DNA of 60,561 nucleotides, counting the filler. It is 7 parts of 7 records of this genome, joined end to end, with 100 filler letters (N's around TTAATTAATTAA, not from the genome) between each part and the next. Parts side by side here need not be neighbours in the genome. Positions count along the whole stretch, not along the records: positions 7,939 to 23,928 come from SRR31156797_32331; positions 24,029 to 29,712 come from SRR31156797_32335; 5 more parts are not named here. One strand, written 5' to 3'. Positions within the stretch are counted from its first letter, which is position 1; the number at the start of each line of letters is the position of its first letter. The position numbers and the translations under genes were made by a program. Positions 18,366 through 27,619 of the stretch are shown piece after piece. The notes beneath the pieces are model-generated. The model saw nothing but the letters and a program-made list of their open reading frames with translations, was not told the DNA's origin and did not search any database.

Positions 18366-19420
18366 ATATCACTCTTTACAATGGAATTAATATTAAATAT
18401 AAACTTTGTTCCAATATTTTTAGTACTTTCCACCTCAACACGAATGTTATATTTATCGCAAATCTCTTTTACAATATTTAATCCTAAACCAAGACCAAGC
18501 TTTTTGCTTGATTGTTGATAGTATGCATCAAACACTTTTGAAGTATCTTCTATACCAATACCAAAATCTTCAATAACTATTAGATAGTTATCATTTTCTT
18601 TTCCAAAAAATAGATTTATTTCACCCGATTCTTTACTATATTTTATGGCATTACTTAGAGTATTATCAATCACTCTTTCAAATTCATATTTATTCATAAA
18701 TATATCTAACTCTTCACTGTATCCTAAATCTATATGGATATCTTTTGTGTTTGCCAACTCATCAAAAAACTGAACTCTAGAACTTATAAAATCTAAAAGA
18801 TTGATTTGAGAAACCTTATACTCTCTACTCTCTTTTTTAATCTTATAAGATAAATCCCCATATATGGAAGAGAGGGTTTTAACAGATGCTTTTATAGCTT
18901 CTACTTGTTTTGAAGGTCCATGTTCTTTCTCAATTAACTCGCTATTTAAAGATATTATAGATACAGGAGTATTCATCTCATGCATAATCTTTTTTACAAA
19001 CAAATCTTGTTGTTCTAAGAGTCTTGCAATCATAATTTTACTTTTATGGATTTGAAGTTGTGTTTTTATTCTAGCTTGTATCTCTTTAGGTTCAAAAGGT
19101 TTAGTTATATAATCAACTCCACCCTCTTCAAAAGCTTTTACTTTATCCTCTACACTATCTAAAGCTGAAATAAATATAATAGGAACCTCTTTAAGTCTTT
19201 CCTCTTTTTTAAATAGTCTACAAAGTTCATAACCATCTATTTCTGGCATTTTTATATCTAATAAAATTAAATCAGGAGTGTTTAGTTTAGCAGCCTCCAA
19301 AGCCATCATTGCATCAGGTGTTGCTCTTATATCATACTCTTCATCTTTCAATACTTTGTTCAAGTATTGTAGGTTTTCTAACTTGTCATCTACAATCAAT
19401 ATAGTATACTTTTTAGTCAT
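18362..19420 (-). CDS. Hybrid REC-histidine kinase
   Basis: N-terminal REC, HEMNTP, NAIKYS and GLGLGL; start taken at MTKKY. Confidence 0.9.
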   Translation of the reverse strand: MTKKYTILIVDDKLENLQYLNKVLKDEEYDIRATPDAMMALEAAKLNTPDLILLDIKMPEIDGYELCRLFKKEERLKEVPIIFISALDSVEDKVKAFEEGGVDYITKPFEPKEIQARIKTQLQIHKSKIMIARLLEQQDLFVKKIMHEMNTPVSIISLNSELIEKEHGPSKQVEAIKASVKTLSSIYGDLSYKIKKESREYKVSQINLLDFISSRVQFFDELANTKDIHIDLGYSEELDIFMNKYEFERVIDNTLSNAIKYSKESGEINLFFGKENDNYLIVIEDFGIGIEDTSKVFDAYYQQSSKKLGLGLGLNIVKEICDKYNIRVEVESTKNIGTKFIFNINSIVKSDI

Positions 19421-19491
19421 ATAACCTCTAATATCTAATAAAATTTTGGTTATTATAACTGAAAAAAAGAGAAAGAAAATAAACAACCTGT

Positions 19492-22125
19492 ATGAAACTT
19501 AAACAACTATTTATTCTTTTACTTATCATAAACAGTGGTACTTTGATTAGTGTGGTATTTATATTAAGTGAATACCAAAGAGCAGTAAGTCAACTTGAAG
19601 ATGCCTATAAGATGCAACATCGTTCTTTGGTTCTAGCTGATGAACTAAGACAAAGTAGTGATGATTTAACAAGAATGGCAAGAACCCATGTAATTACAGG
19701 GAAAGAGATGTTTAAAGAGCAGTTTCATACTGTACTTGATATCAGAAACGGAAAAAAACCTAGACCAAAATACTACAATAGAATATTTTGGGATTTTTAT
19801 ACTCTAGATGGAAGTAAAGCAAAACTAGATGGACCACAAATTCCCCTTAGAACACTTATGAAAGAAGCGGGATTTCCTGAAGAGGAACTGTCTTTATTAT
19901 ATGAATCACAAAAAGAATCAGATGATTTAACTAACCTCGAAACAAAAGCAATGAATGCAATAAAGGGAATTTTTCAAGATAGAAATGGAAACTACACCAT
20001 AAAAAAAGAACCAGATTTTAAACTGGCTAGAGAGATTATGCATTCAGATGAATACCATAAAGCAAAAATTGCTATTATGAAACCTCTAAATGAGTTTTAT
20101 AAAGCCTTCGAATCAAGAACACAACTAAGAGTTGATGAAGCTCATGAAACAGTAAAAGATATGGAGACTTATCTTTCTATTGCTGTTTTATTTTTAATTG
20201 TTCTTTTTGTATTTTCTTTTATATTTATTGTATTGCATAGGATTATTCATCCTATCGAGATGTTAAATAAAAGTATGCTCAAGTTATCAAAAAATGATAT
20301 GGATATAGACTTGCCTCAAAAAGTGTTTATGGATGAAGTTAGTGAGATGATTGGAGCAGTTGAAGTATTTAAAGACAATGCAATACAACTTATAGAATCA
20401 CAAAAACAAAACAAAAGACTTTTAGACTTAGCAGGAGAAGGAATTTTTGGACTAGATGCAAAAGGAAGATTTATCTTTGTAAACCCAATGGCATCTGAAC
20501 TTTTGGGTTATAGTTCAAAAGACTTAATAGGAAAATATATAAATAAAACTATTGGGAAACATCTATTCTCTAAAGGTGCACAACAAAAAGAGAGACTAAT
20601 GTTAATCCAAAAAGAGGAACAAACTTTTATCTCTAAAAAAGGTAAAGAGTTCCCAATTGATTATGTTAGTACTCCAATTTACTCAAATAACTCAACTGTA
20701 TTAGAGGGTTCTGTTGTTGTTTTTTCAGACATAACAAAAAGAAAAGAGTATGAAAACCAATTAAAAAAAGCCACAATAGAAGCACAAAAAGCAAATAGAT
20801 CAAAATCAATATTTCTTACAAATATGTCACATGAGTTAAGAACACCTCTAAATGCAATTCTTGGGTTTACCTCTTTATTGAAAAAGTCTAAAAAAATTGA
20901 TGAAGCAGAAAAACAAAATATTAATACAATCTATACTAGTGGTCAACACCTACTTTCACTTATAAATGAGATACTTGAATTTGCAAAAATAGAAGCAGGA
21001 AAAATAAATATAAATGAAAATGAGTTTAATCTCCATAGATTACTTGATGATATAAAGTCGATGTTTACATCAAGGTGTGAAGCCAAAGGTTTAAACTTTT
21101 CACTAAATATAGATAAATCTGTACCAAACTATATAAAGTGTGATGAAAAAAGATTAAAACAAATTCTAATAAACATACTAGGAAATGCTCTAAAATTTAC
21201 CCAAGAAGGTTCTATTACCACTATTATAAGTTCAAATAACCAAGAGCTGTTTATCTCTGTTAATGATACAGGAATAGGTATGGGTCAAGAGGCTTTAAAA
21301 ATAGTATTTAAACCCTTTGAACAAATAGAAGAGAAAACACATAAACATGAAGGAACTGGTCTAGGTCTTGCTATTACTAAAGAACTTATAGAAAAAATGG
21401 GTGGAACAATTCAAGTAAGAAGTGAAGTAAACAAAGGAAGTAGTTTTAACTTTAGTATAAAAATTGAAAAAATAGATTTTATATATGAAAATGAAAAAAT
21501 AAAAGAGAGTGTAATAAAAATAAAAAATGCAAAAGATATTAATATCTTAGTTGCAGATGATACAAAAGCAAATAGAGACTTACTAGTTCAACTTTTAAAC
21601 TCATATAATATAAAAACAAGCCAAGCAAAAGATGGGCAAGAGGTATTAAAAAAAGTAGAAGATACAAACTTTGATTTAATATTTATGGATATTTTGATGC
21701 CAAACCTTGATGGAATAGAAACAACAAAAATACTAAAAGCAAAAGACACAACAAAAAATATTCCAATTATAGCTATCTCAGCAAATGTATTTGAGGATGA
21801 TAAACAAAAAGCTTTACAAAGTGGAGCTGATCTTTTCTTACCTAAACCTTTTGAAGAAAAAGATATTACAAATAGTCTACAAAAATGTTTAGATATAGAG
21901 TTTGAATATGAACACAAAAGCAACACTTCTTCAAAAACTCCAGTTTTAGAAAAAGATTTAGCAACAAAAATTAACGACTTAGCAACAAAACTAGATGGTA
22001 ACTCTATCTTAAAATTATTAGAAGAAAACTCTATTGATGAACATACAAAAGGTATTATTACGGAGCTTATAAACCAATTCCAGTTTAATGAACTCTCTAA
22101 ATTATGCACATCAATGTATAAATAA
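19492..22125 (+). CDS. Membrane hybrid sensor kinase (TM-periplasmic-HAMP-PAS-HisKA-HATPase-REC)
   Basis: Two TM segments, PAS, SHELRTPL, NALKFT, GTGLGL and a C-terminal REC. Confidence 0.92.
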   Translation: MKLKQLFILLLIINSGTLISVVFILSEYQRAVSQLEDAYKMQHRSLVLADELRQSSDDLTRMARTHVITGKEMFKEQFHTVLDIRNGKKPRPKYYNRIFWDFYTLDGSKAKLDGPQIPLRTLMKEAGFPEEELSLLYESQKESDDLTNLETKAMNAIKGIFQDRNGNYTIKKEPDFKLAREIMHSDEYHKAKIAIMKPLNEFYKAFESRTQLRVDEAHETVKDMETYLSIAVLFLIVLFVFSFIFIVLHRIIHPIEMLNKSMLKLSKNDMDIDLPQKVFMDEVSEMIGAVEVFKDNAIQLIESQKQNKRLLDLAGEGIFGLDAKGRFIFVNPMASELLGYSSKDLIGKYINKTIGKHLFSKGAQQKERLMLIQKEEQTFISKKGKEFPIDYVSTPIYSNNSTVLEGSVVVFSDITKRKEYENQLKKATIEAQKANRSKSIFLTNMSHELRTPLNAILGFTSLLKKSKKIDEAEKQNINTIYTSGQHLLSLINEILEFAKIEAGKININENEFNLHRLLDDIKSMFTSRCEAKGLNFSLNIDKSVPNYIKCDEKRLKQILINILGNALKFTQEGSITTIISSNNQELFISVNDTGIGMGQEALKIVFKPFEQIEEKTHKHEGTGLGLAITKELIEKMGGTIQVRSEVNKGSSFNFSIKIEKIDFIYENEKIKESVIKIKNAKDINILVADDTKANRDLLVQLLNSYNIKTSQAKDGQEVLKKVEDTNFDLIFMDILMPNLDGIETTKILKAKDTTKNIPIIAISANVFEDDKQKALQSGADLFLPKPFEEKDITNSLQKCLDIEFEYEHKSNTSSKTPVLEKDLATKINDLATKLDGNSILKLLEENSIDEHTKGIITELINQFQFNELSKLCTSMYK

Positions 22126-22157
22126 CATACAGCTATTTTTAAATGTTTTCAAAAAAA

Positions 22158-22188
22158 CAACACTAAGGCAACACAACTAATCTATACT
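22158..22188 (+). promoter_or_regulatory. Direct-repeat activator site plus -10 box of urtA
   Basis: CAACAC-taagg-CAACAC (11-bp period), then TATACT at 22183-22188. Confidence 0.5.
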
Positions 22189-22232
22189 TCTTCCAAAGAA
22201 TATCAAAAGATATTTAATTCAAAGGAGTAAAA

Positions 22233-23510
22233 ATGAAAAAGATGCTTGCAAAATCTTTGTCGGTTGCTGCAATTGTTGCTATGAGTACATTTGCTCAAGC
22301 TGCGGATACAATTAAAGTTGGTGTTTTACACTCTCTTTCTGGAACTATGGCGATTTCAGAAACAACACTTAAAGATACAGTGTTAATGCTTATTGATGAG
22401 CAAAATAAAAAAGGTGGGGTTCTTGGTAAAAAATTAGAGCCTGTAGTTGTTGACCCAGCTTCAAACTGGCCTTTATTTGCTGAAAAAATGAGAGGTTTAC
22501 TAACAAAAGATAAAGTTGATGTAACTTTCGGTTGTTGGACTTCTGTTTCTAGAAAATCTGTTCTTCCAGTTGTTGAAGAGTTAAATGGTTTATTATTCTA
22601 CCCTGTACAATATGAAGGTGAAGAATCTTCTAAAAATGTATTCTATACAGGTGCTGCGCCAAACCAACAAGCTATTCCTGCAGTTGATTACTTAATGAAC
22701 GAAGTTGGTGTTAAAAGATGGGTTTTAGCTGGTACTGACTATGTTTATCCAAGAACAACTAATAAAATCTTAGAAGCTTATTTAAAAGCTAAAGGTGTTG
22801 CTGCATCTGATATCATGATTAACTATACTCCATTTGGACACTCTGACTGGCAAAGTATTGTAAGTGACATCAAAAAATTTGGTTCAGCTGGTAAGAAAAC
22901 AGCTGTTGTTTCAACAATCAATGGTGACGCAAATGTTCCTTTCTATAAAGAATTAGCAAACCAAGGAATTAGTGCAGAAAATATTCCAGTTGTTGCATTC
23001 TCAGTTGGTGAAGAAGAATTATCAGGTATTGATACTAAACCTTTAGTTGGTCACTTAGCAGCGTGGAACTACTTCCAAAGTGCAGAGTCTGATTTAAATG
23101 ACAAATTCATCTCTACTTGGAAAAAATTCATTAAAAATGATAAAAGAGTTACAAACGACCCTATGGAAGCTACATATATCGGTTTCAACCTTTGGGTAAA
23201 AGCTGTTGAAAAAGCTGGTACTACTGATGTTGATGCTGTAAGTAAAGCTATTATTGGTCTTGAGGTTCCTAACTTAACTGGTGGAACTGCTAAAATGCTT
23301 AAAAACCACCACTTAACAAAACCAGTATTAATTGGTGAGATTCAAGAAGATGGTCAATTCGAAACTGTATACTCAACTGAAGAAGTTCCAGGTGACGCTT
23401 GGTCAGATTTCTTACCATCATCTAAAGATGTAATTGCTGACTGGACAGAACCAGTAAATTGTGGTAACTACAATACTGTAACTAAAAAGTGTTCAGGTCA
23501 AAACTACTAA
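22233..23510 (+). CDS. urtA: Urea ABC transporter substrate-binding protein
   Basis: Signal peptide; KVGVLHSLSGTMAISE, FGCWTSVSRKSV, YPVQYEG and TINGDAN motifs. Confidence 0.92.
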   Translation: MKKMLAKSLSVAAIVAMSTFAQAADTIKVGVLHSLSGTMAISETTLKDTVLMLIDEQNKKGGVLGKKLEPVVVDPASNWPLFAEKMRGLLTKDKVDVTFGCWTSVSRKSVLPVVEELNGLLFYPVQYEGEESSKNVFYTGAAPNQQAIPAVDYLMNEVGVKRWVLAGTDYVYPRTTNKILEAYLKAKGVAASDIMINYTPFGHSDWQSIVSDIKKFGSAGKKTAVVSTINGDANVPFYKELANQGISAENIPVVAFSVGEEELSGIDTKPLVGHLAAWNYFQSAESDLNDKFISTWKKFIKNDKRVTNDPMEATYIGFNLWVKAVEKAGTTDVDAVSKAIIGLEVPNLTGGTAKMLKNHHLTKPVLIGEIQEDGQFETVYSTEEVPGDAWSDFLPSSKDVIADWTEPVNCGNYNTVTKKCSGQNY

Positions 23511-23516
23511 AAATCT

Positions 23517-23563
23517 AAAAAAAGAGAGGGGTTTATCTCCTACTTATTTCTCCTCTCTTTTTT
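23517..23563 (+). terminator. Hairpin after urtA
   Basis: AAAAAAGAGAGG...CCTCTCTTTTTT inverted repeat. Confidence 0.55.
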
Positions 23564-23578
23564 ACAAAAGGTACTCAC

Positions 23579-23928
23579 ATGAAAATCAATATCCTAAAAA
23601 TAATTTTTCTTAATTTATTTTTTATCTCTTCATTGTTCGCAAATTTTGAACAAGATATTACAAAACTACAAACAAATAGTTTAAAAGCAAAACAAAAAGT
23701 AGTTGTTGATCTTGCTGAAAATTATGCAGATGATGACAGAACAAATCTATTACTTACAAAAATAAAAGATGGAGATTTATATTACATAAAATCTTCAAAA
23801 GAGTTTGTAATCTTAGAAAAAAAACAAGGAAGTACATACTTCACTAAAAACTTTCTAGATGGTAAAACTTTAGAACCACAAAATAGAAAAAACTTTTCAA
23901 AAGTAAAAACAAACAATAAATTAAGAAG
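23579..23928 (+). CDS. urtB: Urea ABC permease N-terminal region, 3'-truncated
   Basis: Signal peptide, position after urtA, and the ...NNKLR motif of the UrtB periplasmic extension. Confidence 0.6.
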
Positions 23929-24028
23929 NNNNNNNNNNNNNNNNNNNNNNNNNNNNNNNNNNNNNNNNNNNNTTAATTAATTAANNNNNNNNNNNNNNNN
24001 NNNNNNNNNNNNNNNNNNNNNNNNNNNN
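23929..24028. other. Artificial contig spacer
   Basis: N-run with TTAATTAATTAA. Confidence 0.98.
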
Positions 24029-24029
24029 T

Positions 24030-24620
24030 ATAGGGGGAGGCTTCCCCTCGGGCAAAGGGCTGTGGGACTGGACGGATACCACCGAAAAGGGAGTCCTCCA
24101 CTGGGGCCCCTCCGGAGGCGGGGCGGTCGTAGGGCTCTTCAATTTCAGAAACGAATCCTTCCGTATAGAAACGGGTGTCAGCTTCGTCCATCTGAGGGGA
24201 GAGCAGAGCCTGGGGGACAGCCGGTTCGAGTATATGCAGAATACCATAGAGATTCCCGTCCTCTATAAAAAACGGCTCCCCTTTCCCGATAGCGACTGGT
24301 TCCTGGGGGGAGGGGCCGTTCTCATGCTCAATCCCATAGAAGCCCGGAGAACCGAGACGAAGGACGGGGATAAGACGAAGACCTATAGCGCACCCGGCAA
24401 CAGGTTCATGCTGGGCCTGCAACTGGGCCTGGATTGGAAGTTCAGAAACCGGAAAGCCCACGACTGGATGCTCTCCCTCCACTACACCCATCCCCTGACC
24501 TCTCCCGACTTTACATTCGAAAAGACGGGCAGCGGCAACATACGGCTGAACAGGGCGGATCTGAGCTTCACCTACCTCTATTCCCCGGCCGCGAACTTCC
24601 CCCGCAGGAGGGTTCGATGA
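24030..24620 (+). CDS. Outer-membrane beta-barrel-like protein, 5'-truncated (paralog 1)
   Basis: Frame is open from the contig edge (IGGGFPSGKGLWDWTDTTE...IETGVSF...IEIP); alternating aromatic/hydrophobic strands. Confidence 0.6.
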   Translation: MGGGFPSGKGLWDWTDTTEKGVLHWGPSGGGAVVGLFNFRNESFRIETGVSFVHLRGEQSLGDSRFEYMQNTIEIPVLYKKRLPFPDSDWFLGGGAVLMLNPIEARRTETKDGDKTKTYSAPGNRFMLGLQLGLDWKFRNRKAHDWMLSLHYTHPLTSPDFTFEKTGSGNIRLNRADLSFTYLYSPAANFPRRRVR

Positions 24621-25261
24621 GAAGGCGGCTTTTCCTGCTCGTCCTGCTGGCGGCGGCACTGTCTCCGTCCCTGTATGCGGGAACCCTCCATTTCGGGGCC
24701 GAGGCCGTCATGGGAACCGCCATAGGAACGGGCAAAGGCTACTGGGACTGGACGGACAAAACAGAAGACACCCTGAGAGATCCCTTCGTGTTCAACGGCG
24801 GAGGCTCACTGCTGATACTGGCTGATCTTTCACCCCTTTTCCAGCTGGAAACCGGAGTCAGTTACTACGTCAACCGCTGCAAGATAGAGAACGACGGGAT
24901 CACCCGGATCTACAGGCAGGACAGCCTGGACATTCCCCTGGGCCTCAGGATGTTCTTCCGGCGGGGACGCCGCGGCCTGTATGCCAAAGGAGCCGCGGCC
25001 CTGACCATACTGATGAATAACGCCTCTTTTGAGGATGAAGACGGGGACGACGATCTTTTCAGTTCCTCCGTCCCCGGGCAGCGCTACCACGCGAGCCTGC
25101 AGGCAGGCCTGGGCTACCAGAGAGAGTTCAAATACGGGATCTGGCAGATTGAGGGCCGGTACGCCAATTTCTACACCTCCCCCGATTACGAGCGCGCGGA
25201 CGGCACCACAGGGGATGTACGCTTTCACAGGATACAGCTGGCCTTCGGATGGTTTTACTGA
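24617..25261 (+). CDS. Outer-membrane beta-barrel (PorT/OmpA-like) protein (paralog 2)
   Basis: Signal peptide MRRRLFLLVLLAAALSPSLYA; GKGYWDWTDKTE, LETGVSY and LDIP; C-terminal aromatic FGWFY. Confidence 0.65.
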   Translation: MRRRLFLLVLLAAALSPSLYAGTLHFGAEAVMGTAIGTGKGYWDWTDKTEDTLRDPFVFNGGGSLLILADLSPLFQLETGVSYYVNRCKIENDGITRIYRQDSLDIPLGLRMFFRRGRRGLYAKGAAALTILMNNASFEDEDGDDDLFSSSVPGQRYHASLQAGLGYQREFKYGIWQIEGRYANFYTSPDYERADGTTGDVRFHRIQLAFGWFY

Positions 25262-25316
25262 AACCAAGGCTACCGGAGGGAGGGGCGTTTAAGACTGGAA
25301 ATCCCCGAAAAAAAGG

Positions 25317-26069
25317 CTAGGACGAACTGCGGCACCGCCAGCTGGCAAACATACGGCAGACCTCTTTGCCGTCCCTCTCTCTTACGAAGCTATAAATGAA
25401 ACTATCATTGTCCAGAGAGCTGCTCTTCAGGATCAAACGGTCTCCAAAGACCGTCTCTCCCAGAAAGGCGATGTTGAGATCGGCCAGTTCCATCCGGCTC
25501 AGGAACTCTTTGTCCTGATAGATCATCAACCAGACCAGATAGCGAATGTTGTTGACATGGTGATTATAATCAAGATCGGCCAGGGAGACCTCAACCACCG
25601 CCTCTTTGCCGTCATAGACGTCAGGAGAAGGTACCTTCCCCGGCCTGGCGTCCTCCCAGGCGGACAGATCGGGACTGGCGGGGAAGTCCTTTCCCAACTC
25701 ATCCATACGAACGGGCCTGCGACTCTCCACGTCAATCAGCGCCCAGTGGCTGCTGGCCCTGGCGCAGAGACGGCCGGCTTCGTCTTTTATCCGAAAATCA
25801 CGGTGAGCCTTGAAGCCTTTCAGGCTCCTGGCCCATGTCTCTGCGGTCAGTTCCTCAGGCCAGCAGGGGTAGGCCTCGAAGCGGACCGCCATACCCGAAA
25901 GAACCCAGGAGCATCCGTGCTCGTTCATCAACTGGGGGACAGACATGCCGTAGGGGATGCACTGCCGGCTTGCGACCTCCTGAAAATAGTCGAGCATGGC
26001 CGGCGGCGTTACCCTCAAGAGGGGATCGCATTCACTGTGTCTGCTCATAAACTGCTGCGAAAATACCAT
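25317..26069 (-). CDS. Acyl-ACP thioesterase (FatA/B-like)
   Basis: DLDYNHHVNNIRY motif and double hot-dog fold; start ATG 26069 with AAGGAG RBS. Confidence 0.88.
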   Translation of the reverse strand: MVFSQQFMSRHSECDPLLRVTPPAMLDYFQEVASRQCIPYGMSVPQLMNEHGCSWVLSGMAVRFEAYPCWPEELTAETWARSLKGFKAHRDFRIKDEAGRLCARASSHWALIDVESRRPVRMDELGKDFPASPDLSAWEDARPGKVPSPDVYDGKEAVVEVSLADLDYNHHVNNIRYLVWLMIYQDKEFLSRMELADLNIAFLGETVFGDRLILKSSSLDNDSFIYSFVRERDGKEVCRMFASWRCRSSS

Positions 26070-26369
26070 GGTGGTTGACTCCTTCGGGATGGAATTCGGA
26101 CAAAAGAAAGTCCAGGGCATTGTACCCCCGCCGGCCCCGGCCATCAAGGGAGGGACAGGACAGAGCGAATACGGACGCGGCGACAAGACTGTATCCGATG
26201 TCACAACGACCTCCCTCAAAACCTTAGCCCTGGCGGATAATTTTCATAAAAAACTGACAGTTTTACTTCTCTTCATTGTTAGAGAGTTGAATAGCTCTCT
26301 ATGAGAGGATACAACAATAGCAGGAAACGGCTCCCTTAACGGTGAGCCCGATAGACGGAGGGTAGTCAA

Positions 26370-26849
26370 CTGGCTGTCAATGTGGAAGAACTCTATACCA
26401 AATACGGCCCCATGGTCCTGAGAAGATGCCGAAACATGCTGAGGGACGAAGAGAGAGCCCTGGACGCCATGCAGGATGTGTTCGTCAAAGTCCTGGACAA
26501 AAGGCAGAAACTCAAGAACAACTATCCTTCCAGCCTGCTCTACACCATGGCGACCAACCACTGTCTCAATATAATGCGAAGGGAGAGCAGATTCAGCGAA
26601 GACGATAAAATCCTGGAGCGCATCGTCAGTTCCGAGGTCCTGGAGGAAAGGGCGACGAACAGGCTCTTTCTCGATCAGCTGTTCAACAGTCAGAAACCAT
26701 CCACCAGGACCATGGCCTTCCTCCACTACCGCGACGGACTGACCCTGGAGGAGACGGCCGAACTGACGGGATTGTCGGTCTCCGGCGTACGAAGGCGTTT
26801 GCGAAAACTACGGGAAGCCGGATTATTGATGGAGGGAAGTGCATTATGA
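26370..26849 (+). CDS. ECF sigma factor
   Basis: Region 2 (DAMQDVFVK, LYTMATNHCLN) and region 4 HTH (GLTLEETAELTGLSVSGVRRRL). Start is CTG 26370 (GGAGG RBS) or GTG 26382. Confidence 0.9.
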   Translation: MAVNVEELYTKYGPMVLRRCRNMLRDEERALDAMQDVFVKVLDKRQKLKNNYPSSLLYTMATNHCLNIMRRESRFSEDDKILERIVSSEVLEERATNRLFLDQLFNSQKPSTRTMAFLHYRDGLTLEETAELTGLSVSGVRRRLRKLREAGLLMEGSAL

Positions 26850-27619
26850 AGAATAAGAATCTAAAGATGGAATTGTATAAGCTGAATGAAATGCCCTCCG
26901 GCTGGACCGTCGAAAACGACGTCGAAGCCGCAGAAGCCCTGGAAGACCTCAAGCGCTCGGACAGGGAGATCCTGGAACGCTACAAACCCTCGGACATGGC
27001 CCGGGCCATCGAGAGCAGAGCGAAAAAGAGCGCAAAGGATCAGCGTGATGACAAGGTCGTCGGAATCGGGCGAATGATGGCGGTACGGGTTTTGATCCCC
27101 GCGGCCGCAGCGGCTGTCCTAGCCCTGAGCGTCCTTCTCCCTGTGCGGACTTCCGATCCGACGGCCCCGGTTGAGGAGATCCGGATCAAGGGAGCCGCAG
27201 AACCCGAATTGAAGGTCTATCGCCGATCGGGAGAGGAGTCGGAACTCCTTGATCCGGAAAGCAGTGCAGGAGAAAGCGATCTGCTCCAGCTCAGCTACAG
27301 CGTTAAGGAGTCCGCATTCGGTCTGATCATCTCCATAGACGGGAGGGGCGTCGTAACGCGTCATCTCCCAGAAGAGGGCGCTGACTCCCCCAGACTAGAG
27401 ACCGGAGGGGAGAGGTTCCTCCCCTACTCCTATGAACTGGACGACGCTCCCGGCTTCGAGACCTTCTACCTTATCATATCCGCGTCCCCCTTCTCCACCG
27501 AAAAAGTAATGGACGCGGCCGCTCGGGCGGCGGAGAACGGGCAGGTCGTACAGGATATACCTACCCTTACGGGAAATGATAAGCTTGATCAACTGAGCAT
27601 ATCGATAAGGAAAGACTAG
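26846..27619 (+). CDS. Putative membrane anti-sigma factor (ActD-like / DUF4384-like C-domain)
   Basis: ATGA overlap with sigma; cytoplasmic N-terminus, single TM, IRIKG, and C-terminal IISIDGRGVVTRHLP...LPYSYELDDAPGFETF. Confidence 0.65.
   Translation: MKNKNLKMELYKLNEMPSGWTVENDVEAAEALEDLKRSDREILERYKPSDMARAIESRAKKSAKDQRDDKVVGIGRMMAVRVLIPAAAAAVLALSVLLPVRTSDPTAPVEEIRIKGAAEPELKVYRRSGEESELLDPESSAGESDLLQLSYSVKESAFGLIISIDGRGVVTRHLPEEGADSPRLETGGERFLPYSYELDDAPGFETFYLIISASPFSTEKVMDAAARAAENGQVVQDIPTLTGNDKLDQLSISIRKD

Noticed and set aside
24030-24234. Apparent frameshift or short ORF at the G-run near 24212
   Set aside because: Re-reading gives a continuous frame (CTG GGG GAC AGC) from the contig edge into MQNTIEIP; the gene is merely 5'-truncated.
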